A stretch of 64,000 nucleotides of DNA from Octopus sinensis (GCF_006345805.1 NC_042997.1:208444001-208508000); one strand, 5' to 3'. Counted from the first letter of the stretch, positions 13,757 through 26,996 are shown. Translations and numbers: made by a program. Notes: generated by a model not told the origin, from the letters alone.

Positions 13757-13846
13757 CGGGGTGGCGGTGTTGAGGGGTGGCGGTGTTGAGGGGTGGCGGT
13801 ATTGAGGGGTGGCGGTGTTGAGGGGTGGGGGTGTTGAGGGGTGGGG
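13757..13846 (+). repeat. G-rich 16-bp minisatellite (GGGGTGGCGGTGTTGA) x about 5.5
   Basis: Direct reading of the tandem units. Confidence 0.9.
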
Positions 13847-14311
13847 GAGTGTTTTTCTACGCAGTGCGAATGCGCCGAGAGAATCGAAAAGGAGGAGAAT
13901 TAAATGCGTTTTTAAGGCAGTAAACATGGTGGACTGCCGGAAACAAGGGACGAGGTTCAACATTGAGTGGGGAAACTGGTTAATATTACACGGCAGGGGT
14001 TTCGAATTAAGACGAAACAGCAACAAAAAAAAATTGCTTGTTGTTGTTGTGGGCGTTGGTGGCGTTGGTGGTAGTGGTGGTGGTGGTGGTGGTGGTGGTG
14101 GTGGTGTGGTGGTGGTGGTGGTGGTGGTTGTCCTGGTGTTTTGTTGTTTTGTTCATGGTTTGTTTTATTTTTAGATTAAAAAATGTCAGAAAAGCAGGCA
14201 AAAAAAAAGAAAAGAAAGAAAAAGAGAGAAAGATAGATAGAGAGAGAAGAGTGGAAGGGAGAGGGAGGGAGGGAGAGAGAGAGGGAGATACCAACAGACA
14301 GACAGACACAC

Positions 14312-14362
<51 letters not shown>

Positions 14363-14743
14363 AGGGAGGGAAGGAAGAAAGAAAGACGGAGAGAAAGGAG
14401 AGAAACAGAGAGAGTGAAAGAGCAACATGGAAAGAAAAGGAGAGCAAGGAGACAAAGAGAGATATAGAGAGAAGGAGGAGAGAGAAGGAGGAAAAATATG
14501 TGAGAAGATGGACAAAAGTGAAAGCAGAATTCAAGCACCCGTTTAAAAGAGTTGGCGGGTTAAGGGGTTTTGTGGAACTTGTGGATGATGATACAACAAC
14601 AACGTGTAACTTGGGTAGCAGGGTGGGAGATGCGGGTAGGAGGAGCAGTGAGAGAAAAGAAGGAACTGGAGAGGCTGGGGATGGGAGAAGGGCAAGTGTA
14701 TCATAGGAAAGACATTTTAGAAAGACAACAGAACGTAGTAGCT

Positions 14744-14795
<52 letters not shown>

Positions 14796-14834
14796 CAGTA
14801 GTAGTAGTAGTAGTAGTAGTAGTAATAGTAGTAG

Positions 14835-15385
14835 TAGTAGATGAACAGTATTCCACGCGCGACAGTGCATTCCTTATTAATGACAAGACCTTTAGAGCGG
14901 GAAGACAATTCTAACTGGGTCCCCACCTGCAAGGTCATGCGCTGTTTATCTTGATATGAGATCACAATGTTGTGATGCATGTGCCTGGTGTACCCTTATC
15001 AGACGGGTAGTCATGATGGGTATACTGCACTTCGTATAATTGTATCCTAGTGTCACTTTGATGGCATGCACTGCTCTCTCACTCAACCAACGACAACAAT
15101 AACAATAATAATAATAATCATTTCCACTATAGGCACGAGGCCTGGATTTTGTGGGGAGAGGGACAGTCGATCTCATCGACCCAATACTCAACGAGTACTT
15201 AATTTATCGACCCTGGAATAATGAAAGACAAAATCGACGTCGGCGGAAATTGATCTCAGAACATAAAGACGAGCGAAATACCGCTAAGCATTTCGTCAGC
15301 GTGCTAACGATTCTGCCAGCTCGCCGCTTTAATAATAATGATAATAATGATGATAATAATAATAATAATAATAATGATGATAATA

Positions 15386-15442
<57 letters not shown>

Positions 15443-15995
15443 CCCTGATGCAGTACCAGACAGTGGCTCTCATGGCTTCTGATCTTAACTGATTGGAAGT
15501 GTTATCATATACATTGTTTTCTCTTGGTATAAAAGATGGGCTACAGCAAATATTCTGCTCAATACCACAGATTTGCTTGTCAGTTGTTTGACCATAACCA
15601 GTTGAGCATGTCCCTTAGTGGCTGACGGTATGTGCGTCTCTGATCACGAGCAGAAGTAGTGGGAGAGCATCATAGTCATGTGTTGAGAGGAATTCTTTGG
15701 GGTTTAAATAATTCACCTTTGGAAACATGGGAGGTTCGTTCAACATCCTTAAACAACCCTTATTCAGAGACCTTTTGAGCGGGATGGGTTACTCGTCCAG
15801 AAGAAAATTCTAACTGGGCCCCACCTGTAAGGTCATGCGCTGTTTATCCTGATATGAGATCACCATGTCGCGCACATATGGTTGCGATGAATGTGCCTGG
15901 TGTACCCTTATCAGACGGATAGTCATGATGGTTATACTGGGCTTTGTATATTTTATCCCAGTGTCAATTTGCTGGTATGCACTGATCTCTCACTC
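14835..15995 (+). repeat. Two copies (14835-15085 partial; 15441-15995) of an unclassified interspersed repeat ending in CTCTCACTCA plus a TAA-rich tail
   Basis: Both share AATTCTAACTGGG...CCCACCTG...AAGGTCATGCGCTGTTTATC...ATATGAGATCAC...GTACCCTTATCAGACGG. Confidence 0.7.
15120..15329 (-). mobile_element. Meta-domain-like SINE (further partial copies at 16030-16202 and 21570-21690)
   Basis: Homologous to 3228-3442. Confidence 0.75.
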
Positions 15996-16201
15996 AGTAA
16001 TAATAATAATAATAATAATGATTATTTTTTTTTACTCTAGACGCAAGGCCTGAAATTTTGGGGTAAGGACCAGTCTATTAGATCGACCCCAGTACGCAAC
16101 TGGTACTTAATTTATCAACCGCGAAAAAATGAAAGGCAAAGTCGACCTCGGCGGAATTTGAACTCAGAATGTGAAAACGGACGAAATGCCTGCTCGCCGC
16201 C

Positions 16202-16281
<80 letters not shown>

Positions 16282-17087
16282 TACATTTATGAACATGGTT
16301 CCAACTGGAACGCAAAACTGTCCCCTCAACATAAGAACAACAACAAGTTATATTATAAGTGTGACAATGCCACAATGCCATCTAGAGCGTTACAACAACA
16401 ATAACAATAACTACAACAACCATAATAACCACTGTATCAACAACAACAACAACTACTACAGTAACAAGAATATGAGCCATAACTATGACAATCACAAGAC
16501 TATGACGCCATGTTGAGCAGGTCAACAAAAAACCTCTTACTCTCCACTTATGGTACTTAATCTTTCTATAGTGTCTTGGTACCAGTGGTAGCTGGTTAAG
16601 GAGGTGGTGACCTTTGTTTGGGGTTCGCTGACATCTTGAGGGTCAGTTGAATCCTTTCAACTCCCTCGCGAAGCAGCGACTCTGTTAGTTTAGAAATATA
16701 AATATGTCTGTCTTCGAGACGTTCTCTGTATTCGACAAAAGACACACCCAGAGAATGCAGAACTTACAGCACGCCCACGGATATCTATTTATTTATTTAT
16801 TTATTAAGGTTAAACGTCTGTTTAATGTTGGTACGCCATGACAGATTGTGAAGAAGGCAGATAATAGCACTTATGTAAAAGAAAAAAATAAATATATAGA
16901 AGGGGGTGAAAGAAGCAAAAAACAGCTAAAACATTAAAAAATGCACTCGGACAATGTCAGTTGGTTAAATCTTTTTGTAGTCTCCAAGAATCGGAAGATT
17001 ATAGTTATGGCTAATGGCTCCATGAAAATATATTACAATTCCAGTTTTGGCAGCCATTTTCAGACCACTTTTAAAACCCCTCCCTTT

Positions 17088-17152
<65 letters not shown>

Positions 17153-17199
17153 TTCTCTCTCTCTCACACACACAGTCTCTCTTTCTTTCTTTCTTTCTT

Positions 17200-17230
<31 letters not shown>

Positions 17231-17329
17231 GTATGTATATATATCGACTTCTCTCTCTCTCACACAAAAACTCTCTAACTCTCTCTCCCAAACAGGTAAT
17301 TTTTGCATTGGAACAAATAATACAATAAG

Positions 17330-17575
17330 GTTTCTAAATAGTCCCTCTGCAAACGTATAAAGATGATTCCACACAATTTATTCGTGACAGAACGACAGAA
17401 TATAATGAAAAGGACTATGGCGCCCAAAAGTCCAAAGAAATCATTTTTACATCGAAAAATTCATTGAATGCTTTTACCCCAATTGGTCCAGCCTTATTCA
17501 ACATTATTCCGAAAGAAATCAAAGAAGAAAAACCCATAACATTAAAACATCTGAAACTTCAAAACATTCCACACT
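17330..17575 (+). mobile_element. Decayed 3' end of a CR1-group LINE ORF2
   Basis: TSKNSLNAFTPIGPALFNIIPKEIK resembles SFCNSLGFKGPQLFNILPKSLR of the LINE at 50.8 kb. Confidence 0.45.
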
Positions 17576-18699
17576 CTCTTCTCAAGCATTAAACCTTTAC
17601 TGCGTTCTTCATACTAATTTTTTCCTGATTGTTCTTTCTCTGCATTTTAATTCTGATAGTTCAAGTGATTGCGTTAGTTTACCTTTGGTTCGCTTTAATT
17701 ATGTTTTCGTGTTTTAAATATCTGCTATTGACAGTTAGGTAGCAATATCTATTTCTTTCTGTTCTCAAAGTAATCTATCTGTTTACAGTTCTAGCTTAAT
17801 TATTCCTAAGGTCATTATTATTTTCTCTTTCATGTATATGCAGCGTTTGTTTTCGATTATGTTCAATAACTTTTGATCAATACTTTTGTTCATCTTAAAT
17901 GTTTTATGGGGTTTTTTTAAGTTCTTAGAGTGGCAATGTCCGTGTGTCCGTTTTGGGCGATATTTCTCTGTTTTCTATATCTTATTGTTTAACTTCTATG
18001 CTTCGTAGCTCTATGTATAAAACGATTAATGCTTGAAATTTGCTGTTTGTATTTAAAACAATAAGCTGATGTACATGTCATGGACACATTACGCTAATTT
18101 CCTCTTTCTGTTTGTTCTCAATTAATTCCGAGGCAGTGTTTACGTTTTTAACGCTGTTGACACCACCAGACGGAATTATGCTGCACAGGTGTCGAAACCA
18201 TTAAGATACCTAGTGAGCAGCTGAAGATGGGATGAACACGTTTGTTGTGCTTGTAGACTGTAAACCTTTTGCACCTTCTCTTCTCGCGGTTCTAAATTAT
18301 CCTTCGTTGAAATTTTAGTTCTTGTATGGTAAATTTTCGTTAGGGTTACTGGTTTCTTGTTTTATGGTGGTTTTGCTGTATATGTAACTTTTTAAAATTC
18401 TTTTATACTTGTTTATGGTGATCAAATGTTTTGTGTACACATAAGCTCACTCCCTCCATCAGATCGACATTACCTGTACAGGTGCAACTGGGTGGCACAC
18501 GTCAGGTGTCGAAATGATCGCAAAGCAACGTGAGATGAAGTGCTTTGCTCAAGAACACAATGCAACGCTCGGTCTGGGAATCGAACCTAAACATAGATAG
18601 ATGGATGGGATGTTTGTGCGTGTGTGCGTGTGTGCGTGCGTGTCCAAAACTACTCGATGAAGTCACAATATTTAAAAGCGATTTTCTAAAAAGTTTTCT

Positions 18700-19040
18700 T
18701 AATTGAATGACACGAACGTTTTAGAAAGAAGTTCTCTTATTGTGTGTAAGCTGCTTCGTTATTTAATTGTTTCAAAGTGCGAAATAATTGATCGAGGAAC
18801 AACAAAAAGATTCAAGGATGGAAGGAACTGAAGGTGAATGCAAACATGAATTGCAAAACTAAAAGAAATCTCATCTGGTGTGTCACATACCTATAATAAA
18901 ATGAGAATTATATCGAAGAGACAGGTTCAAATCTAATCAGACATGTGAGAATGCACAAACAGTAAATTAAGGATTCGGCTAGACATTTGTGCAAGTGGAA
19001 AATGGAAAATTCAATAAATTTCATTTTTTTTATTAAGTAA
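18700..19040 (+). mobile_element. Penelope-like element fragment: Cys-rich linker and GIY-YIG endonuclease
   Basis: With frameshifts: KCEIIDRGTTKRFKDGR / KVNANMNCKTKRNLIWCVT...ENYIEETGSNLIRHVRMHKQ*IKD. Confidence 0.6.
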
Positions 19041-19329
19041 CATCAGGTGATGTTATTAACTTAGACGTGGCCTGTGCCACCTTTGGCCGACATATATTTA
19101 ACTTTATCTAAGTAATATAACAATTTAAAATATTTACACGGTATAAACTACAAAAGTAATTTTTTTTAAAACGGTTGATTACAGTAGAAAACTATTTGAT
19201 GTAGTCAGAACATTATTGTATAAAATTATCTGTTGTTTGCACACTTATCTTTTTACTATATGAATAAAAGAACTAATGTAATTTTATTTACGTTATCTAG
19301 AGAAATATTTTAATCGTTTTAGGTATAAC

Positions 19330-19990
19330 TGAGTATATTACGAATCTGCTCGGTTTCAGCACTTATTTAATTCCAAATATTTTAAGAAATATTTTCATTT
19401 ACGAATCAATGCAGGATGTTTTGCTGAAGATGACGCTTTTATAAAACTAGATTTCCATTTTCTCAGAGAAGCAAACAGCACAACCTTCATTACTCAGGTT
19501 TATAATGCTTGGCATGTTGTAATATATTCTAAATCATTTCTTTTATTTCTTAATACTATTATTTTTCTAAAATCGCATGTATTTTGATAAAGTATTGTCC
19601 AAGTAGCTCTTCCGATTTTTAAAAGAATGTACATGCTGATAAAATCGTCTTTTAAATGTATTTCCAGTTACACAATATATAATCTTTGAATACTGTCTTA
19701 TCAGATGTAAATACTTTTGCATGGTAAAATGTCGATTTCGAAAGGCAACTCATTTAATGATCAATTTTACGGAATGAAGATGGTTACATGATTGAAGAGG
19801 AGTAGATGTAAAAATTTCAGTAAGCGTTTCCAATTCATGTTTGCTGTTTCTATTACAAAAGTATTTTTACAGCTAGAGCTAAACTTAACATTATTTCTAT
19901 TAAAGATTTTGTCTTATATGTTATTCTTCAAACAACGTTTATCTTTTACGCAAAAGAAAGGTTTAGAGATACGTGTGCGTACACTGAGGC
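19330..19990 (-). mobile_element. Penelope-like element fragment (linker plus GIY-YIG)
   Basis: With frameshifts: KIFNRNNVKFSSSC...SCLSKSTFYHAKVFTSDKTVFKDYI / VTGNTFKRRFYQHVHSFKN...TLSKYM...CAVCFSEKMEI. Confidence 0.7.
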
Positions 19991-20029
19991 CGAACAGAAC
20001 ACGGAAACAAGTACTTTACATTTTCTATT

Positions 20030-20545
20030 TTTATGAATCTGAAACTGGCATTTCTAACTAGAAAGGGTATGGCCTGGTCAGCCTGTAACGATATGCATAA
20101 GATCTGGTCATCAAATCTAAGTAGAGACTTCAAACTTGAAATCTTCAAAGCTGCTCAGAAGCCTGAACGTTATCAAAGAAGCTTGAGAGGCGGTTGGATG
20201 GAACCTACACTCGCCTCCTTATGAGAGCTCAAAATATCTCGTGGAAGTGTCATCCAACCAGAGTACAAATATATGGGAAATTACCACCTGTGTCGTCTCT
20301 TGTGAAAGGTAGAAGAGTCCAGTTTGCTGGACATTGTTGTAGAGCTGAAAACGAGGTAATTTCTACTCTTCTCCTCTGGAAGCCATCTGCTCGCAATACC
20401 AGAGGGCGCGCACTCTCCTACCCTGATGTAATCTCCAGGAATACAGACATCCAGCAACAGGACCTCCGTAATGCCATGATAGACCGTGAAGTCTGGCGTA
20501 GCATAGTAAATTCCATTGTCTCGACCACGGTTGAACAATGAACGA
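20030..20545 (+). mobile_element. 5'-truncated RTE/RTEX-type LINE 3' fragment
   Basis: AWSACNDMHKIWSSNLSRDFKLEIFKA...DGTYTRLLMRAQNISW...RRVQFAGHCCR...DREVWR, the post-RT region of RTE-group ORFs. Confidence 0.8.
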
Positions 20546-21737
20546 AATGAAATAAGTAATTTTAATCTTTAAAATCCGTTTCGTCTTAATGCAACACTCA
20601 TAAAGGTTGTTCAGTTGCAGCAAAATTCATAGCTTTCTCTTTTTACGTGTATGATTATTTCAATATGAAATTACTTATTGATTTTAAAAACACCATCAGA
20701 TAAAAAGTAATTATGATTGTTACTGTAAATTTCATATACACTTTAACTTTGTCCAAGTGAACAAAAATGTTCTTAGAATCGTACAAAGAAACGTAACGAG
20801 AAAAATTACATAATATTGACACAGTGTTTGCATTTGTATATATGCTTAACATATGTGTATATATAGCCATGCATGCGTGTGTGTGTGTTAGACAAATATA
20901 AATACATTGAAATCATCTTTGCTTCTAGAAAGGGTAGAACAATTGCTTAGTGGCAATTGGTACCAACTCGAAATGAAAAAGGGAGATAATCTCAAGAATT
21001 AAGAGTTCTCTAAATGTCATGCCGTTATGGAAAAGATACTTTGATTGTCTACGAAAAAAGGAGGGTTGTGGACAGCTGTTTCTGCATCAATAGGCGTTAA
21101 CAGCACAGCGATTGTCCTAACTTACCAACGGCAAAACCAGACGAGGTACTTAGACGTGTACAATACAAAGAGTAAAATGCATTTATGGTTTATTTAATGA
21201 GCATAAATGAAAAACAACGAACTTACTTTAGACTTAAATTTGCTTCATCGGGTGTCAACATTTCTGTCACACAATTACGACTAACTTCCCACACACGTGC
21301 GTGCACGCGCATGAGTATGTGTGTATATGTGTGCATGTGTGTGTATGTGTGTGTATGTAGCCACGTGACTTCCATAGAATTACAACCATTTTGCAACCTT
21401 CTTCATGTAGTATTACTTTCAGTGTGCGTGCAGGTTTGGATTAATAAGTGTTCTCAGCATTAAGCAAAACAATTGTATATACACAAAGTAGCGCAAAGAA
21501 AGCAAGGCAGCTCATCAGATTACCAGAACATCATGGTTAAACCAACAAATCAACTCTAAATATAATTTCTGCCATGTTGAATTAAAACTACATGAAAAAG
21601 TTGCGATTTTATTGACCACGAAAGGATTAACGGTAAGTCGACCCCGGTGGAATTTGAACTCAAAACGTAAAGACAGACGAAATATCGCTTTAGAAAGAAT
21701 AAATTATACCGAAGACATTTCCTGTTTTCTACTTTAA

Positions 21738-21775
<38 letters not shown>

Positions 21776-22210
21776 CGAACTACGCTTTCACTGTTTACCT
21801 TTACCAATTCCACCCAGGTGACTTCGGACGAGCGGATGCCATGATGGAAGATGCTCGGCTCAAGCTGCCGGGCAAAGCGATTAAACCGAAGAAGTGCACA
21901 CAGTATGGAAGCATGCTCCCTAACCACATAACCGCACCGCCACCAGCATCGCCATCACCACCCACCATCACCGTCACCACCACTGCCATCACCCCCACCG
22001 CCACCGTGGGACTCTCTGAATAAATTCGCGAATGAAATCGGACAAATTGTCATGGCTAGGATTTCAACCCAATTATCTCAAAGGCTACACCCACCAACGC
22101 TGCAGTGCGAATTGAACCTTTAATCTGCTGCCCCGCCTGAATCACGGTTCATCCAACACTTACCTCCAAAGACAAAAGATGGACGACATATGGAGCGGAG
22201 AGAGAGAAAG

Positions 22211-22310
22211 NNNNNNNNNNNNNNNNNNNNNNNNNNNNNNNNNNNNNNNNNNNNNNNNNNNNNNNNNNNNNNNNNNNNNNNNNNNNNNNNNNNNNNNNNN
22301 NNNNNNNNNN
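22211..22310. other. Assembly gap (100 N)
   Basis: Direct reading. Confidence 1.
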
Positions 22311-23288
22311 TTAGACCTCGGTCACTGGATCTTAGATTTATATACAATTGCGGCCAAAATGTTCAGAACGGCATTGTTTTTGTCAGAAAAGTAGGTATAA
22401 GTTTTTATCAAAGTTGTTTTAGTTTCTATAATTTTCACACACAATAAATACGATATTAATTGTTATTGTCTGAGATTTTAGTGTAATTTGAGAGGATAAT
22501 ACAAAAGTTATGGATGATTTAGTGATTTAGTGCAAAGCCCATAGCGGCCAAAATGATCCACTATACCAAATTTAAATTAACACTGCTCCAGAACTTTTCC
22601 CACGGTGGAACAATGGTTCTTCTCTGACAGCAGTTTTACGTTTTCCAGATTCCTTTAGCTAGGCCGAAATAATGTTTTCACTACTTGACCCTTTCTAACC
22701 TCTTCTACTTCAAGAAAAGCTAGAATAGAGATAACAAGACCGCCAACTAAATCTATTGTTCTCAGTGATATATCTATCCGAGGTGGAAAACCACACCGCC
22801 ATCTCTTCGGCCATCGGAAAAATTGCCGGATAACTGAAGAGATGGAGGCGTGGTTTTCCACCTCGGCATCCGAAACTCGGAGTTTTATCAGGGCAACCGA
22901 AAAATTGTCACATATTACATTTACAGATAAATTCCTCTATCTACATAATATCGAGGTATCTTTCTTTCTTTTGTTGTCTTACCTTTTTTATCAATATATA
23001 TATAGGCAAGAGTTACAGAATGGCGCAGACAAGATCAGGGTTACAGCTAGGATCTAATCTACTCCATTCAGTAACTCTTGAATCCGTACACGGACAGCTG
23101 GCAACCCTGTTCACCTACCGTGAAATATAAAAGGAACTTTTTCTGTTTATCGTACTTCGATACAAAAGAAATCCACAACCTTCTGTCTCAATAAACCACT
23201 ACAATCCCTACAAATTGTTGTTTTATATTTACTACGGATTACATGAAGAATACTTTCTTCTTGCACCTCAATCCCTGGATCATACAGT

Positions 23289-23319
<31 letters not shown>

Positions 23320-23344
23320 ACATGCATATATATACATACATACA

Positions 23345-23453
<109 letters not shown>

Positions 23454-23461
23454 CTTATATA

Positions 23462-23664
23462 GGGAGAGTTTACGAAAAACAAAAGACGAAGGCAGGTGGT
23501 GTACAAAATAAACAGGTGTATTAGTATAACGCTCAGGAATAGATAAAGTCTTTTACGTTTCGAGCTTACGCTCTTCTACTGAAAGGGAAACAGAAAAAAA
23601 CAAGGAGAGAAAAAATGTGTGTAGTGGCTAACGATCTATATATATATATATATATATATATAAT

Positions 23665-23698
<34 letters not shown>

Positions 23699-23902
23699 AT
23701 ATTATATATATATATATACATATATAGGAAGAGTTTACGAAAAACAAAAGACGAAGGCAGGTGGTGTACAAAATAAACAGGTGTATTAGTATAACGCTCA
23801 GGAATAGATAAAGTCTTTTACGTTTCGAGCTTACGCTCTTCTACTGAAAGGGAGACAGAAAAAACAAGGAGAGAAAAAATGTGTGTAGTGGCTAACGATC
23901 TA
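23462..23902 (-). mobile_element. Tandem dimer of the ~177-bp hammerhead-like repeat with a (TA)n spacer
   Basis: Units 23462-23638 and 23726-23902 are nearly identical. Motifs at 23550-23585 and 23815-23850 read CUUU-CAGUAGA-A-GAGC(GUAA)GCUC-GAAA-CG-UA-AAAG. Confidence 0.75.
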
Positions 23903-23913
23903 TATATATATAG

Positions 23914-24087
23914 GGGGAAAATAAGAAAAATCAACGAAAATGCACATTGTAAATAAAAAAAGAAAAGGCTTTTTATGAAAGGTAACGACAGATATATACA
24001 TGTATATATCTGTCGTTACCTTTCATAAAAAGCCTTTTCTATTTTTATTTACAATATGCATTTTCGTTGATTTTTCTTATTTTCCCC
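23914..24087. repeat. 174-bp near-perfect palindrome
   Basis: Centre GATATATACA|TGTATATATC at 24000/24001. About two mismatches between arms. Confidence 0.9.
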
Positions 24088-25454
24088 TTACATTTCCACG
24101 TGTATTTTATATTTTATATTTTCTTTTTGTAACACATTTCTACTATATGTGTGTGTGTGTGTGTGTGTGTGTACATATATATTATTTACATTTGACGGAT
24201 ATTTGTCCTCATCACACGCAAATATTAAAAATGATACACTTAAGAGATTCCCAAGAATTCATTAAAAAACAGTTCCAATCACTGCTATAATCCATAACGA
24301 GTCACTTTTAGGTCACTTTACCATTTAACATCCTACTACAACCATACCACCTACATTCCTTCTTATTCTCCCTTCCCTTTCTCCTTCTTCTTCTTCGTCT
24401 TCCCCTCCGCCACCTCCTTCCTAACTTTACCACTGTTGCTGGTTAGAATAACACCAACGCAAAGTTTATAAACAATACATTCAAAAGAGATGTCTCAAGA
24501 ATTCAATCACTACTACCATCCACAACAAGTCACTTTCAGGGCACTTGACCATTTAACATCCTATTACAATCACGGTACTCCTTCATTCTTCTCCTTCTCT
24601 TCCTCCCCCTCCTCATCCTCTTTCTTCTTCTTCTCCATCTTCTTCTTCTCCTTCTTCTTCTTCTTCTTCTTCTTCTTCTTCTTCTTCTTCTTCTTCCCTG
24701 CCATGAATTCACAACGACCTTGAACCCACAAGATTAAACAAGAGAGACAGAGACAGACAGAAACAAGGAAAATGTCCCTTGTATTTGAATTCTATGCAAA
24801 AATTCTTTCAAAATCTTTTCATTTAATTTTTCCAAAATTTAATTGTTTTCCATACTTACAGTTGAAAAAGTCTCAATGACTGAAACCGGTACTGAAATGT
24901 TTTTTATAAGATTATTTTAGCATTTTCTACCTTGACTTTTTTTCCATATATATCAAGTCGCGTGTTCCTTTTCAACCTTCTACATATCTTCTACATATAT
25001 GCGAAATATAGATTTACGGAATGGAATAGCTAAAATCCGGGTCTTATCTGATCCATTCCGCAACTCTTTTATGTATATATATATATATATGCTTGTTATC
25101 AGTCGTAAGACACTTGTTGCTGTTTTCACCGTTAATGCTTCTGTATTTCATGTTTCTGTATTCCATTATTTTTTTGTTTTTTTATATTCGTCCCTTTTGC
25201 TGTCCTGGTGTCCGTATGCATTCGATCCTTCTTCCAGGAAATCTACGCTCCTAGCTTAGTTTTCTAATGCTCGTTGCTTAGTTTTTCTTGGAGGGCTGGC
25301 CGTGATCTAGTAATCTCAAGATTAATCAGCCGAAATTACTACGATGATCCGGTTCTTGACTGAAGACTGAGGGTTTCGAATGTCCTGTCCGTGTTTATTG
25401 TATCGTCTTCTAAGAGTTATACGTTCTTGTCCATGTTGTATTTTTCTACATACC

Positions 25455-25495
<41 letters not shown>

Positions 25496-26113
25496 CTACA
25501 ATTTACTCATTTATTTAAAGTCAAGATGAATACAATTGTACACTTGGAAGCTGTAGGGTCACCCGAGCATAAAAGATGACCGTTATTTGTAATTCAATGG
25601 TACAACAGTGTAAGAGTTTGCTTTGGGATATACTTAGATTGTGATTTCTGCAATGTGGTGAATAAATTGTCAAGTAAAGGAGGAGAATATTTGCCTCCAA
25701 AGTGTTGAGTAAAGTTATTTGGTTGCAGATCTCCTTTGGGTCTTTTTATTTTCACTGGGTCAGAGATAGTCCTCAGATGTGAACATTGATTTCAAGGCCT
25801 TCGCAGATAAGTGACTGGTTATTCAAAGAGATTTATAGATTTCAAATTTATTTTGTCTAGTTACTTATCGGCATAGTGATAATTGGCAAACTCCAGAGGT
25901 GACACTTTCCCTACATCCTTCCAATTGCTATAGATCCGGAATGCATCTTATGGTTGTGCCCGTCACCTGAATGGTGAGGAATCCTACATTGGGGAGTAGT
26001 AACGATGAGGGTAGGGTAGCTGACTGCTTATTGTGATCATTCGTCTTTTGGTTTCCTATAGCTTTGCTCTCTTTTACAAACCCAGTGAACATTCAATAGA
26101 TATAAGACCCATA

Positions 26114-26491
26114 GGCGTAGGAGTGGCTGTGTGGTAAGTAGCTTGTTAAAGAACCACACGGTTCCGGGTTCAGTCCCACTGCGTGGCACCCTGAGCAAGT
26201 GTCTTCTACTATAGCTCCAGGCCGACCAAAGCCTTGTGAGTGGATTTGGTAGACGGAAACTGAAAGAAGCCCGTCGTATATATGTATATATATGTGTGTG
26301 TGTTTGTGTGTGTGTTTCTGTCCCCCAACATCACTTGACAACCGATGGTGGTGTAACTTAGCGGTTCGGCAAAAGAGACCGATAGAATAAGTACTAGGCT
26401 TACAAAGAATAAGTCCTGAGGGTCGATTTCTTCGACTAAAAAGGCGGTGCTCCATCATGGCCGCAGTCAAATGACTGAAACAAGTAAAAGA
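26114..26491 (+). mobile_element. SINE family B, full length
   Basis: Homologous to 8723-9112. Confidence 0.85.
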
Positions 26492-26840
26492 CTAAGAAGT
26501 AAGTTAAAAGATTCCCAACAATTTAACTACTCTAGTTGACTTTCAGACACCTCCGATAAGGGCCTTAACTCCCACATTTTAGAGCTCCACCAGCTCCATT
26601 TTTCAGGAGCAAAAGCCCTTGGAATAGGTTCCATAAGATTAGGATTTTGGAATCTGGGCATAAACATGAGTAGTATGGGACAAATGTGCCATGATTAGAA
26701 ATTTTGTTAGGTTGTGTAAAGAGGGAAAGAGCTCTAATTAAAATTCTTCATTCCAAATTTTGATTAAATTCAAATCATAGGTATTCCAGTACATTAGCAG
26801 AAATATAAAAGTCTAATTTATATATATATATATATATATA

Positions 26841-26996
26841 CTTTATTTAAAGCAGCAGAAAATTTAACAAAACCGGGAAACTCAGAGTAACAGGTTTTGT
26901 TGAATTTTCTGCTGCTTTAAATAAAGCATATTACTCTACCACTGGTATTTGAGTACTCTTTTTTTCCACCTTGTTTCACATTTATGTGTTTACTCC

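Noticed and set aside
14007-14914. 287-aa and 222-aa ORFs
   Set aside because: A mosaic of GGT, GAAA, GA, CAG and TAG repeats open on both strands, with no domain or splice support.
17590-18170. Possible RTE endonuclease-RT linker remnant on the minus strand
   Set aside because: Only compositional resemblance, with many stops.
21739-22200. GC-richer segment with a 94-aa ORF before the gap
   Set aside because: The ORF starts in a (TG)n tract, has no recognisable domain and is cut off by the gap. Probably a TE fragment.
24240-24600. Diverged ~235-bp local duplication
   Set aside because: A real but old tandem duplication with no structural or coding signal.
25540-26000. Stop-riddled minus-strand frame suggestive of a retroelement RT
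   Set aside because: No diagnostic motif could be assigned by eye. It needs a translated HMM search.
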